From Felis catus (Eukaryota): a stretch of 64,000 nucleotides of DNA. Below the pieces are notes generated by a model. The model saw only the letters and a list, made by a program, of their open reading frames with translations. It had not been told where the DNA came from and made no database searches. The DNA is taken from assembly GCF_018350175.1 (NCBI RefSeq), contig NC_058382.1, positions 56,360,001 through 56,424,000 on the forward strand, in the 5' to 3' direction. The position numbers and the translations under genes were made by a program. Position 1 is the stretch's first letter; each line of letters begins with the position of its first letter. This document shows, one piece after another, positions 23,165-34,402 of the stretch.

Positions 23165-23384
23165 GGGGCGCTTGGGTGGCTCAGTCAGTTGGGCGTCTGA
23201 CTTCGGCTCAGGTCATGATCTCGTGGTTCGTGAGTTCGAGCCCCGCGTTGGGCTCTGTGCTGACAGCTCAGAGCCTGGAGCCTGTTTCAGATTCTGTGTC
23301 TCCCTCTCTCTCTGACCTTCCCCTGTTCATACTCTGTCTCTCTCTGTCTCAAAAATGAATAAACGTTAAACAAAATTAAAAAAA
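23165..23384 (+). mobile_element. CanSINE inserted into a MIR (about 23040-23460)
   Basis: ggggcgcttgggtggctcagtc head, intact B box gagttcgagcc; 18-bp TSD aagaata[c/t]atagcaagta at 23147-23164 and 23385-23402. Confidence 0.97.
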
Positions 23385-23535
23385 AAGAATATATAGCAAG
23401 TAAATGATAGAGGTAGAAATTGAATCTATCTTTTTCTAGTGCAAAACCTCAGCATTAGAGGTTGGACAAGGCATGATATTGAGGGGGCACCCTGAGTATG
23501 AAGTCAGAGCTGGTGTCCATGGGGAAGTAAGAAAT

Positions 23536-23622
23536 AATGGTTCTCAAACTTCAGGTTGTCTAAGCATCATTAGGTGTGAGCTTGTAAAAATAAATATTGC
23601 AAGTCTACCACCTGCCCACCCT

Positions 23623-23668
<46 letters not shown>

Positions 23669-23990
23669 TTCTGATTCAGTAGGTCTGAGATGAGTCAGAA
23701 ATCTACATTTTTTAAATGTTTATTTATTTCTGAGACAGAGACAGAGCATGAGTGGGGGAGGGGCAGAGAGAGAGAGGGAGACATAGAATCAGAAGCAGGC
23801 TCCAGGCTCTGAGCTGTCAGCACAGAGCCGGATGCGGGGCTCGAACTCACAAGCTGTGAGATCATGACCTGAGCCGAAGTCGGTCACTCAACTGACTGAG
23901 CCACCCAGGCGCCCCAGAAACCTACATTTTTGATAAATCCCTCAGTTGATTCCCAAGAAGGTGGCCTTTGGACCGCGCTTTGAGAAATGA
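23536..23990. mobile_element. MER5-like hAT-Charlie MITE interrupted by (CA)n (23624-23666) and a SINE
   Basis: tggttctcaaactt...agattctgattcagtaggtctg...ggaccgcgctttgagaaa. Confidence 0.75.
23713..23915 (-). mobile_element. CanSINE
   Basis: Typical body; TSD agaaa[t/c]ctacattttt at 23697-23712 and 23916-23931. Confidence 0.97.
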
Positions 23991-24300
23991 TTTGATAGAT
24001 GAATGGGAGCCCTTTGAGAGACCTGAATCTCTAACTTAAGAAGCTAGATGGGACAACTTGAGGGTTCAGCACACTCACCTGTATAGAGAAACCTCTGTTT
24101 TCTTTAATATCCGATTTCCATTTGGTACAGAGTAGAGCTCTTCCCTCTGAGGCACCCATCTTATTACCCATCATGTGATCAAGCCCTGCACCTCAATTAA
24201 CATATAATAAAAATAACAAAATGTGCTAATCATTAACCACCTGTTGAGTGCAAGGCTCCAAGCTAGAAGCTCATCACTTTGTTGTCCTTGCCAACACCAC

Positions 24301-24686
24301 TGTAGCAGAAGCACTGTTGTTCACCCATATCCAACCCTTGTCTTCTTCCCAGACACACAGAAATACCCTATTTTCCAATCCCTTGGTAGTCTGATGGAGT
24401 GATTTGGCAAGTTCTGGCCTAAGCATGCTATTTTCACTCTCTCTCTTTCCCTGCTGTGGTAACCATTGACATGTTTTAGATGGTGCCAGCTACCAAATGG
24501 TGGAGCCTCCTTCAGGCTGGGTCCTTGAGCTGTTACATAGCTTAAAACTCCCATCAGTCACAGTGAATTCAGAGCATGAGCAGGAGATAAACCAACCTTT
24601 GTTTTGTTAAGCCTCTGAGAATTCATTTTATTTCATTCTCTTTTTATTTCTGTGGCTAACCCTATAGCCTATCCTAACCAATAAAA
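24301..24686 (+). mobile_element. MaLR LTR (MLT1J-like)
   Basis: tgtagcaga...aagttctggcc...agcctccttcaggctgggtccttgag...gcatgagcaggagataaac..ttgttttgttaagcctctgaga...agcctatcctaaccaata. Confidence 0.75.
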
Positions 24687-24699
24687 ACATCATCATGTC

Positions 24700-25370
24700 A
24701 ACAATCACATTTATTACCTATGATAATAAATGCTTCCTATGTGCTGAATACGACACCCAACACTTGGAAAACATTATCTAATTTAATAATTACCCCAACA
24801 CTGTAAGTACGACAGTTAAGTGTTTTTTATAAAGTCACACAACCAGTAACTGATGAGACAGAAATCAAAACCCAGATAGTGTGATTCCAGAGCCCATGTG
24901 CTTAACCAGAACACAGTAATGTATGGTGCTTACCTGTCAGTGTTGGTGCTTTAGACATTTGTCACATCTAATCCTCTGCCAACCCTACAAGTGGGCATTA
25001 TTGTCTTACTTTTCCAGTGCAAATACTGAAGATTGGAGAGATGAAGTGTCTATCCCAAGGCCACACATGTGTGAGAATTGGGTCACAAACCCCAGTCTTT
25101 CTGAATCTTAAATGAAGCATCACTTCACAGCCAGGGCGTCTAAGCAGGCGACTTTGATTTCTCTAACCTTGTGTCAGAAACGTCTAGGATCCCTAGGCCA
25201 TATATACCAGGGTATTTAACACAGTTCAAGATTTTAGGACTCTGAATCAGACTTTCCAAGTTAAAACTACAGTTCCACCATGCACTGTTGTGTGACTTTG
25301 GGTAAGTTACTTAGCCTCTCTCTGCAAAATGGGTTGAATGAGGTAATTCTGGGTAAGCCTAGCACCAACT
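24700..25370. mobile_element. Cluster of three MIR fragments (two -, one +)
   Basis: aaagtcacacaaccagtaac; cccaaggccacac; tgtgtgactttgggtaagttacttagcctctc. Confidence 0.65.
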
Positions 25371-25999
25371 AGAAACAAAGGAGTATTGGGTTGAATAGAT
25401 TCACAGACAGCTCTGCCTAGATGGGTTAATAGGGTTCTGGAAGTGGCTCAATCTCTAGCTCCCTGACACCTTCTGGGCAAGCCCATAAATGCTTTTATAA
25501 TGCAGCATAAAGCCCATAATGCAGCTATGCTTTGGGTTTCCTCCAAATCCCTTTGGTTAGGGGGATCACTGGGTCTGCAGCTGCCAATCCCTGGAGCGCT
25601 ACTGAGATGATTTCCCTTTTTCAGGTCTTCTGTGAGCCAGTCCCTGGTGAATCCCAAATGGCCAGGTAAATTGGCCGGTGGGATTCAAGGATCTGGTGAA
25701 AGAACAGAGTAGGAACCTCAGGGGCTCGAGTCCCACAAATCCTGGAAGTCATAAGGTGTGGGCTGAGGACAGGTAGGAGAACCCACTCGAGCTGTAGAGG
25801 AAGGTGTCATTCCAGTTACATTGAGCTCTGGAAGCAGACCTTTTTCCTTGCCTTATAAGTTCCCAGGATGAACTCGGTCCTTCTTCTCCTGGCTCAGTAG
25901 CATAGCAGTATCTGGGCTCCCAGGCTAGCTGAAGTGAGCAGCCTGGCTTTCTGGTGGAGGTTGAAGTTAACAGGGGCCACCAACAATGGACACTTCCAA

Positions 26000-26240
26000 T
26001 AGCCAATGCTACTTGTTAAATGCCTTCGATGTACCGAGCATGACACAAATGGCCTTATATAGAGACTACATTCAATTTTCTTATGCCGTGGGTATTATTA
26101 TTATTTCTTTCATCTTACGGATGAGAAGACGAAGGCTCAGAAAATGTAAGTTGTTTGCCACAAGTTACCCAGGTGAAAACATGATGGAGCCTGAGACTGA
26201 ATCCAGGCAGTCTGACTCCAAAACCTTGCACTTGAGCAGC
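26000..26240 (-). mobile_element. MIR
   Basis: catcttacggatgagaagacgaaggctcagaaaatgtaagttgtttgccacaagttaccca...gaatccaggcagtctgactcca. Confidence 0.8.
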
Positions 26241-28924
26241 ACGCCCTTTAGCCCAGGTGTTGAGGTGTCAGCACAGTCTGAGCTCTTATCGCCAGTGGAG
26301 GGTGCCCACGGGTGTGGCCTGGGAGCTGGAGAAGATGGTAAAGAGTGCCTTAAGAACTTAAATTGGAGGAGTTTGGGAATCCCTAGAGAAGGACTGGAGA
26401 CTCAAGGAAAAATGGCTGTGTCTATTAATTCACTATAAACAGTAGGTGGGGACTTCGCAGTCTACCCTGGAGATCCAGGGTATACCCCCTAAAACTGATA
26501 CCCCCAAGACATGCATCACAGAGCGCTCTGTTGGAAAACAGCCCCCACCATTTTTAAAGATCAAAATGCACAGTAAATGATGGATATTCCAAGAATCATT
26601 GTAGTGAAGATAGTTTGTGCGCTTAACTATTGTTTTCCAATTTTATTTTTAACACAGTACCCTTCTTATTATGCAAAACCTATCAGCCTCTGCTAGAGGA
26701 ATCTTTGGACAGCTGTCAGGGAAAGCGTTTGAGGGAGGAGCGTTTGAAGGCTGTGGAACAGGGAGCCGAGATCTGTGGAAAGAGAGTTTGCTGTGCAGGA
26801 TGCAGGGAGCACAGGTGAGAGAGCAGTCAGGGGGCTACTGAAGGTGCGAGTTGGGAGCAGTGAGCTCACGAATCGGTGACTGCAGCAGAGAGGGTAAGGA
26901 AGTGAGCATCAGTGACACGGGGGTACGTACAAGAAAAGATGGAGGCAGAACTAGTTTGCAGGACAGCTTAGAAATAGACATCAGGTGCCAGGGTGACCTC
27001 AAAATAGACATTGCAGACCCAGCGTTCAGGAGAGCAGTCAGAAGTAGAAATGAGGGCTTTAGGTCACTGCCCGCTCCCTCTTTCCCGGAGGGACCGTGGA
27101 AAGAGCTAACAGCTCAGAGGACTTTGGAAGGAACCTTCAGCAAGGTCTCCCTGCAGGAGTCACGATGCAGGAGGGGGGCCTGGAAAAAGCAGTGATCAGA
27201 GAGGCGGGAGGTCTGCCTCGAATCCAAGGCATGAGAGCGCTTAGCTCCAAGGATCTTTTTTTTTTTTAAGTGGGAAGAAGGCAATCGTGGGGAAAATGAA
27301 GAATGTGCGGTCTGAGGAAAGACCGAGGCTTCCTCCCTCAGAAAGCGTCTTGCCACTAGCCGTGGGCAGCAAGGCCGACAGCTGGTAGTTGTGATCCCAT
27401 CTTCAACTGTATTTGCAGCAAGAAGGGCTGTCTGGCAAACCAGTTCGCAGCGGCAGATCCCCGGCATTAAGAGAGTGAATTCTTGACTCTGTAAATGAAT
27501 AACCAAGCGCTGCCCAGCTACAAGGAGGAGTGAAACAGCAGACCTGACTATTTTATGTAAATCGCTGAGGCTAGGGCAGTGCGCAAGCAGGTAGGAGCAG
27601 GGGGAAGGAGCGTCTTAAGCAGGGGTGGGTTTTGAGGACCTGTCAGCCTAGACTGGAAGAGCAGCCAGGAAGGTGAGAGAGGGAGACAGCAAGCACGTCT
27701 CCGGAGTCACAGCCAAGTCAGCCGATAATTAACCTCTTGATTCCCCCCTCCCCTCCTTCCAAGGTCAGATATTTATTATCTCAGAAACATTTAAACTTCA
27801 AGAAGCTGTGAGGAACACAGGCTTTCCAAGCCGGCTTCGGCTGCCCTGCCATTTGATTAATTTATGTGGTCAGGCAGGCAGTTCAGAGAGATCTAGACTG
27901 TGCTCTCACCCGGCATCATTTCCATACTTAATACATTCGGGCACAGTGAGGGTAGAGCGTCTTCTGTTTATATGCAACTTTGTGCCTTTTGAAGTGCACG
28001 TTTAACTTGACATTGATAAAATACCACTTTCCAATTTAGATTTTTAAAAAAATGCTCACTGGGCATTAAGTACCTTTTGCAGAACGAGACGTTTTTAGCC
28101 CTTACTGTGAAGCAAGACCAAATACATACTACTGCCATTCAAGAAGCCTGTTCACGGGGTTGCACATCTTCCAAATGTATATAAAAAAAATGAGATCCTC
28201 TTGATTGAAAAAAAAATTGCCTCTTGCACCCCATAATTAGTTCCCTAAAATCTTATGAATGAAGCAATTGGACTCTTACATTTGGAAATTGGAAATGCCT
28301 TTCTCTGCTGCATTTTTATTTTGAGAAGTGGGAATCGACATGGAAATGAATGCACTATGTATGGAAACACGGGAGATCTCTCCTAGTGTTTTCATAATTC
28401 CACTAAGGTTTGTGAATATTTTAATGTGCTTATTGGCAAGCATATTTACAATGATACTTTCCTGCTCTATACCTAGGTTTGGAAGGGGTACTCGATTCCT
28501 GTCAGCAGGTACCGTGTGGTGGCATTAAAAGAAAACAAAAACAAAAACACGATATGAGTTGGAGAAACCTGGACCCCACCTTTGGTTTCATCCCAGAGCT
28601 GTGTGGCTTACCGATATTTTGCTTGGTCTTTCTGAGTGCTGCTTATCAATACCTTCCTCTTCTCTCCTAATGCTCTCCTACCATTCATCCAGGTCAAACT
28701 TCATTTTGGATTGTTTGTACTTAATCAGAATGTTTTCAAGATTTGTCTCCCTTCCTGTGGTTTCCATTGTCAGATAGCTCAGCTGGGCATTAAGCCCCAT
28801 CTAATGGATGGCACCATCCAAAAAAAAAAAAATGTGAATAATCATTCTTTGCAGAAGAAAGTTCTCCAAAGGTCTCTGCCCTCCCTCAGCTCAATGCTAA
28901 GATAATAGTAGCCGTTTCACACAT

Positions 28925-29085
28925 GGGTGCCTCAGTCGGTTAAACATCCAACTCTTGAGTTTGGCTCTGGTCATGATCTCAGATTTTGTGGGTTCAAACC
29001 CTGCATCAGGCTCTGCTGCTCCCTGACTCGTGCTCATTCACTCACATGCTTGCTCTCTCAAAATAAATAAATAAAATTATAAAAA
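28925..29085 (+). mobile_element. Internally deleted CanSINE
   Basis: gggtgcctcagtcggttaaac...gggttcaaaccc...ctctctcaaaataaataa. Confidence 0.85.
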
Positions 29086-29094
29086 CAGTAGTAA

Positions 29095-29308
29095 GGGGCA
29101 CCTAGTGATTCAGTCGGTTAAGCATCTGAGTTTGGCTCAGGTCATGATCTCACAGCTTATGGGTTGAGCCCCACACCGGGCTCTGTGCTGACAGCTCGGA
29201 GCCTGAAGCCTGCTTCGGATTCTGTGTCTCCCTCTCTCTCTGCCCCTCCCCCATTTGCACTCTGTCTCTCTCTCTCTCTCTCAAAATAAATAAAAACATT
29301 TAAAAAAA
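29095..29308 (+). mobile_element. CanSINE
   Basis: ggggcacctagtgattcagtcggttaagc...ggctctgtgctgacagctcggagcc...(CT)n, A tail. Confidence 0.95.
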
Positions 29309-29603
29309 TAGCGCCATTTCACAAATATTTCTAAAACAACAGAATAAATTCTACCTAACTTACTATAGATGCTGACTTCAGTATTTTATTTTAAAATTAA
29401 CTTATTCTGGTTGTAAAAGAAACCCATACTTATTGTTCAGTAAATGAATGAATGAATGGGGGAGTGAATAAATAAAAGAGGAAAGTAAAATTAGCTTGTA
29501 ATTTTACCACTCAAGAGACAGCCTCTGATAACATTTTCATGTTTTTGTGTCTATATTTTTCTGGCCATAGGAGTAGAATTAATTTTTTAAAAATATGCAT
29601 GAA

Positions 29604-29820
29604 GGGGCGCCTGGGTGGCGCAGTCGGTTAAGCGTCCGACTTCAGCCAGGTCAGGATCTCGCGGTCCGTGCGTCCGAGCCCCACGTCAGGCTCTGGGCTG
29701 ATGGCTCAGAGCCTGGAGCCTGTTTCCGATTCTGTGTCTCCCTCTCTCTCTGCCCCTCCCCCGTTCATGCTCTGTCTCTCTCTGTCCCAAAAATAAATAA
29801 ACGTTGAAAAAAAAATTAAA
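29604..29820 (+). mobile_element. Young CanSINE (SINEC_Fc)
   Basis: CpG-rich (ggggcgcctgggtggcgcagtcggttaagcgtccgac...tctcgcggtccg); perfect 15-bp TSD aaaaatatgcatgaa at 29589-29603 and 29821-29835. Confidence 0.98.
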
Positions 29821-30987
29821 AAAAATATGCATGAATATACATAATACATTTACATATATGTGTGTGTCACATCCAATTATATACTCAGATTATAACCTGC
29901 ATTTAAAATTTCACTGTTTTGTGGGAATGTTCCTTTCACTAAATTCGTCAAAACTATGATATTTAACGTTCACATTAGAAAACATTTTATGGGCTATCAA
30001 TATATTTAAGCTCCCCCTTATTGTTGGTCAACTAGTTTTCCACCAACAATTCATTATTTTAAATAATTCTGTGATGACGATTTAGGTACACGATGTGTTA
30101 GACATCTGAGGTTACCTAACCTGTTAGCCTTGATCCTTAGATGTTGAAGTTTATGTTGGAAAAAAATAAATTTATTTCACAATTAGTACATAAGTAGCAA
30201 AACGCATTACGAAGAAAAAACACCACACTTTATTCCCAACTGAAGTATGTGCAATCACTGTTTACCTCTTCCTTGTCAGCATTAAGTGCTAAGGTTCACT
30301 TAAATCTGTCACTCTGATAGGTGGAAATGATAAAGTACTGTTTCCCTTTTTTGCCATTTAACAACTGGTGACCTTTTTTCTTGCCTTTCTCCACATCTTG
30401 TGAGGTAGCTGGCTTCTTAAGTCCTATTCGTTTTCTTTTTTGGGTGTTAATGGTTTCTCCATTGATTTCTGAGGAATTGTTACTCATTGTGGATATTAAC
30501 CTCTTGCCTTTCTTGTATTTGTTATGAAATTTTTTTTGCCAGCTTATTTGAATTAATTTGGTTAATGCTTTCAGATACTGATTTTTTAAATCTTTAGTCA
30601 GACACAATATCATTTTTCCTTATGACATCTTTCATTTTTATAATTAACCTCGTTGCCTATTCCAAGATTAGAGTCGTGCTAATACAAGTGTTTTTTTTTT
30701 CTAATTTTTTATGGTTGTACATTCACATGTGATTCTTTAATCCATCTAAAATTTATTTTGATACATGGTTTAACATAAAATCCCATTTTTGAGTTTTTAC
30801 CCTCCAAATTCATTTTCGTTATAACAGCTTTTTAAAATAACCACTCCATTTCCAGTTTTGTGATATAGTTTTTGTGGAAGTGTAGATTAAATTTAAGTAT
30901 ACTTTGTTTACTTTGAGCCTAGCCTGTCTACTAGATTGTGCAATAATGCCACATTATTCAAACACTTGTAGCTTTATAATGTGTCTT

Positions 30988-31221
30988 TATTTTTATTTTT
31001 TTTTTGTTTATTTATCCCTGAGAGAGACAGACAGACAGACAGATAGAACGGAAGCAGGGGAGAGGCAGAGACAGAGGGAGACACAGAATCCAAAGCAGGA
31101 TCTGGCTCGAGGCTCTGAGCTGTCAGCACAGAGTCCAACGCAAGACTTGAACCCACAAACTGTGAGATCATGACCTGAGCCAAAGTCGGATGCCCAACCG
31201 ACTGAGCCACCCAGGCGGCCC
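30988..31221 (-). mobile_element. CanSINE with (GACA)n
   Basis: TSD tataatgtgtctt at 30975-30987 and 31222-31234. Confidence 0.95.
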
Positions 31222-31697
31222 TATAATGTGTCTTAATATATAGTAGGGCAAGATCTTCTGAAAAATGTGCTGTTTTCAAAATGGCTTTAGTTATTTTTTG
31301 CATTAATTTTTCCTCTAGAAGAAAAAGCTGTATTATTTGGCCGTTTCCTGCCCTCGGTGACTGTTACTTCCTTTCTCAAAGCTGATACTGTGTTTCACTA
31401 TGCACTTATCAGGAGGTCAGGATAGTAAGAAATCAGAAAGCCCAGAAGTGCTTGCTTGACTCTGCACGAGAAATAGTGCTCCAGAACTGCAAGATGGCAG
31501 AGAGGGAAGGGCGGTGGTATCTCCCTGTCTTCCTGGAGGAGGTGCCATTCTGTTTCATGAGGCAAAGCATGGAAAAGTCCTAATTCATTTTATCCCAATC
31601 CCGTTCCAGCAGCCTTTGAGATTCTCCTGTGCTGTCAGTCTTTGTACTTAAGATGGTTGGAATTTTGGACATATTTTATTTCTTCAAAGATATTTTA

Positions 31698-33230
31698 TTT
31701 TTTTATATTAAATATAATTTATTGTCAGATTGGTTTCCATACAACACCCAGTGTTCATCTCAACGGGTGCCCTCCTCCATGCCCATCACCCGCTTTCCCC
31801 TCTCCCCCATCCCCCATCTACCCTGTTTGTTCTCAGTATTTAAGAGTCTCTTATGGTTTGCCTCCCTCCCTCTCTGTAACTCCCCCCGCCCCCGCTTTCT
31901 TCCCCCCGCCCCGGTCTTCTGTTAAGTTTCTCAGGATCCACATATGAATGAAAACATATGGTATCTGTCTTTCTCTGCCTGAGTTATTTCATTCTCCAGT
32001 TCCATCCACATTGCTACAAAAGGCCAGATTTCATTCTTTCTCATTGCCAAGTAGTATTCCATTGTATAGATAAACCACATCTTCTTTATCCATTCATCAG
32101 TTGATGGACATTTAGGCTCTTTCCATAATTTGGCTATTGTTGAGAGTGCTGCTATGAACATTGGGGTACAAGTGGCCCTATGCATCAGTACTCCTATATC
32201 CCTTGGATAAATTCCTAGCAGTGCTATTGCTGGGTCATAGGGTAGGTCTATTTTTAATTTTCTGAGGAACCTCCACACTGTTTTCCAGAGTGGCTGCACC
32301 AGTTTGCATTCCCACCAACAGTGCAAGAGGGTTCCCGTTTCTCCACATCCTCTCCAGCATCTGTAGTCTCCTGATTTGTTTGTTTTAGCCACTCTGACCA
32401 GCGTGAGGTGGTATCTGAGTGTGGTTTTGATTTGTATTTCCCTGATGAGGAGCGACGTTGAGCATCTTTTCATGTGCCTGTTGGCCATCTGGATGTCGTC
32501 TTTAGAAAAGTGTGTATTCATGTCTTCTGCCCATTTCTTCACTGGATTATTTGTTTTTCGGGTGTGGAGTTTGGTGAGCTCTTTATAGGTTTTGGATACT
32601 AGCCCTTTGTCCGATATGTCATTTGGAAATTTCTTTTCCCATTCCATCAGTTGCCTTTTAGTTTTGTTAATTGTTTCCTTTGCAGTGCAGAAGATTTTTA
32701 TCTTGATGGGGTCCCAATAGTTCTTTTTTGCTTTTAATTCCGTTGCCTTTGGAGATGTGTCGAGTAAGAAATTGCTGAGGCTGAGGTCAGAAAGGTTTTT
32801 TCCTGCTTTCTCCTCTAGGATTTTGATGGTTTCCTGTCTCACATTCAGGTCTTTGATCCATTGTGAGTTTATTTTTGTGAATGGTGTAAGAAAGTGGTCT
32901 AATTTCATTCTTCTGCATGTTGTTGTCCAGTTCTCCCAGCACGATTTGTTAAAGAGAATGTCTTTTTTCCATTGGATATTCTTTCCTGCTTTGTCAAAGA
33001 TTAGTTGGCCATACATTTGGGGGTCCAATGCTGGGGTCTCTATTCTATGCCATTGGTCTACGTGTCTGTTTTTGTGGCAATATCATGCTGTCTTGATGGT
33101 TACAGCTTTGTAGTTGAGGCTAAAGTCTGGGATTGTGATGCTTCCCGCTTTGATTGTCTTCTTCAATGTTACTTTGGCTATTCGGGGTTTTTTGTGGTTC
33201 CATACAAATCTTAGGATTGCTTGTTCTAGC
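31698..33230 (-). mobile_element. 5'-truncated young carnivore/felid L1 (about 1.5 kb)
   Basis: ORF2 C-terminus, 3' UTR and A-rich tail; 18-bp TSD ttcttcaaa[g/a]atatttta at 31680-31697 and 33231-33248. Confidence 0.97.
31931..33028 (-). pseudogene. L1 ORF2p C-terminal fragment (365 aa open, includes the CCHC zinc knuckle)
   Basis: [47 protein letters not shown]; no EN or RT domain; in-frame TGA upstream at 33083-33085. Confidence 0.95.
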
Positions 33231-33353
33231 TTCTTCAAAAATATTTTAGTAAGGAACAAGTGATTCTGCTTGTGGGTATCCTGGCCAGATCCTTTAAAAT
33301 GAAAAAAAAAAAGTATTTCTAAGCATCCATCTCTTTAAATTATCTAAATTTTA

Positions 33354-33564
33354 TTTTTTAAGTTTATTTATTTATTTTGAGAGAGAGGGAGAGAGCACAA
33401 GCAGGAGACAGGCAGAGAGAAAGAGGGAGAGAGAGAATCCCAAGCAGACACTGAGCTGTCAGCACAGAGCCCAGTGTGGAATTCTATCTCATAAACCGTG
33501 AGATCATGGCCTGAGCCAAAATCAAGAGTCAGACATTTAACTGACTGAGCCACCCAGGCACCCC
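33354..33564 (-). mobile_element. CanSINE
   Basis: Typical body; degenerate TSD taaattatctaaatttt / taaagtatctacatttt. Confidence 0.95.
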
Positions 33565-34402
33565 TAAAGTATCTACATTTTAAAGGCTTATTGATGATGT
33601 AGTAAAATGAAAAGCCCAAGAATTCATAACATCATCAGGCAGAAATATATGTAGAAAGTAAAGAAGCTATAGGCATGTGTACATTTCCTGATTCGACTAC
33701 ATTTTTCAACATCAGTGGATACTAGTTTCTTGAAAACTACAAAAGAATAGGGGCAGACTCACCTAACACTGTAAAATTGATAACCCTTTGCCTTAGCTCT
33801 CTTCCCTCATTTCTTTTCTCTTCCCCACCATGCAACGTCTCCCCTCCAGAATTACCTTCTCTTTTGTGTGAGGGAAGGTTTTCTAACAACGTTGGCCATT
33901 CCATTAAAATAGTTTGCTCGTAAATAATCTGAGTTTCCTGGATTAAGATTTGACAAGCCCTGTTCCCAGTACTTTGGTTGACACAAGATAAGTGTATGGT
34001 AAGGTTTGAAATATCCGTGTTCTCTGTCTTCATTTCCTTGTTTCTGTCTCCAATTTCCTACGTGCCATTCGGGGATTTACTGACACTCTAATAGCATGCT
34101 CATTTCCAGGCATGCATCTCCGATCTCTTTAGAATCTGTATGTCTTTCTGAAAGATGACGTCCCTAGCTATATGTTTCCAGGCAGTATTGTGGGAGGATT
34201 AACAGTTTCCTGACATCTTTCTTGCAAAGGTTTGAATACCACTTCCAGTGCAGATCAACACATGAAATTAAATGTTTGCTCTGCAGTTATAGTGCTAGCA
34301 AATTTCGCCACATCTTTTCTTCTCCATTCTCTTATTTAGGCCACATCCCAGTCCTGTGTAGTAAGAAAGGCAGCTAGTATTAGACCCATTTTAGAATGTC
34401 AT

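Larger units (their letters stand above)
29380..31320 (-). mobile_element. Highly decayed old L1ME-like element hosting two SINEs
   Basis: T-rich antisense L1 remnants (tgtggatattaacctcttg, tctttaatccatctaaaatttattttg, tgtagctttataatgtgtcttaatat..tagtagggcaag). Confidence 0.6.

Noticed and set aside
23165..23245. tRNA-like A and B boxes
   Set aside because: This is the tRNA-derived SINE head, not a tRNA gene; the same applies to the other copies.
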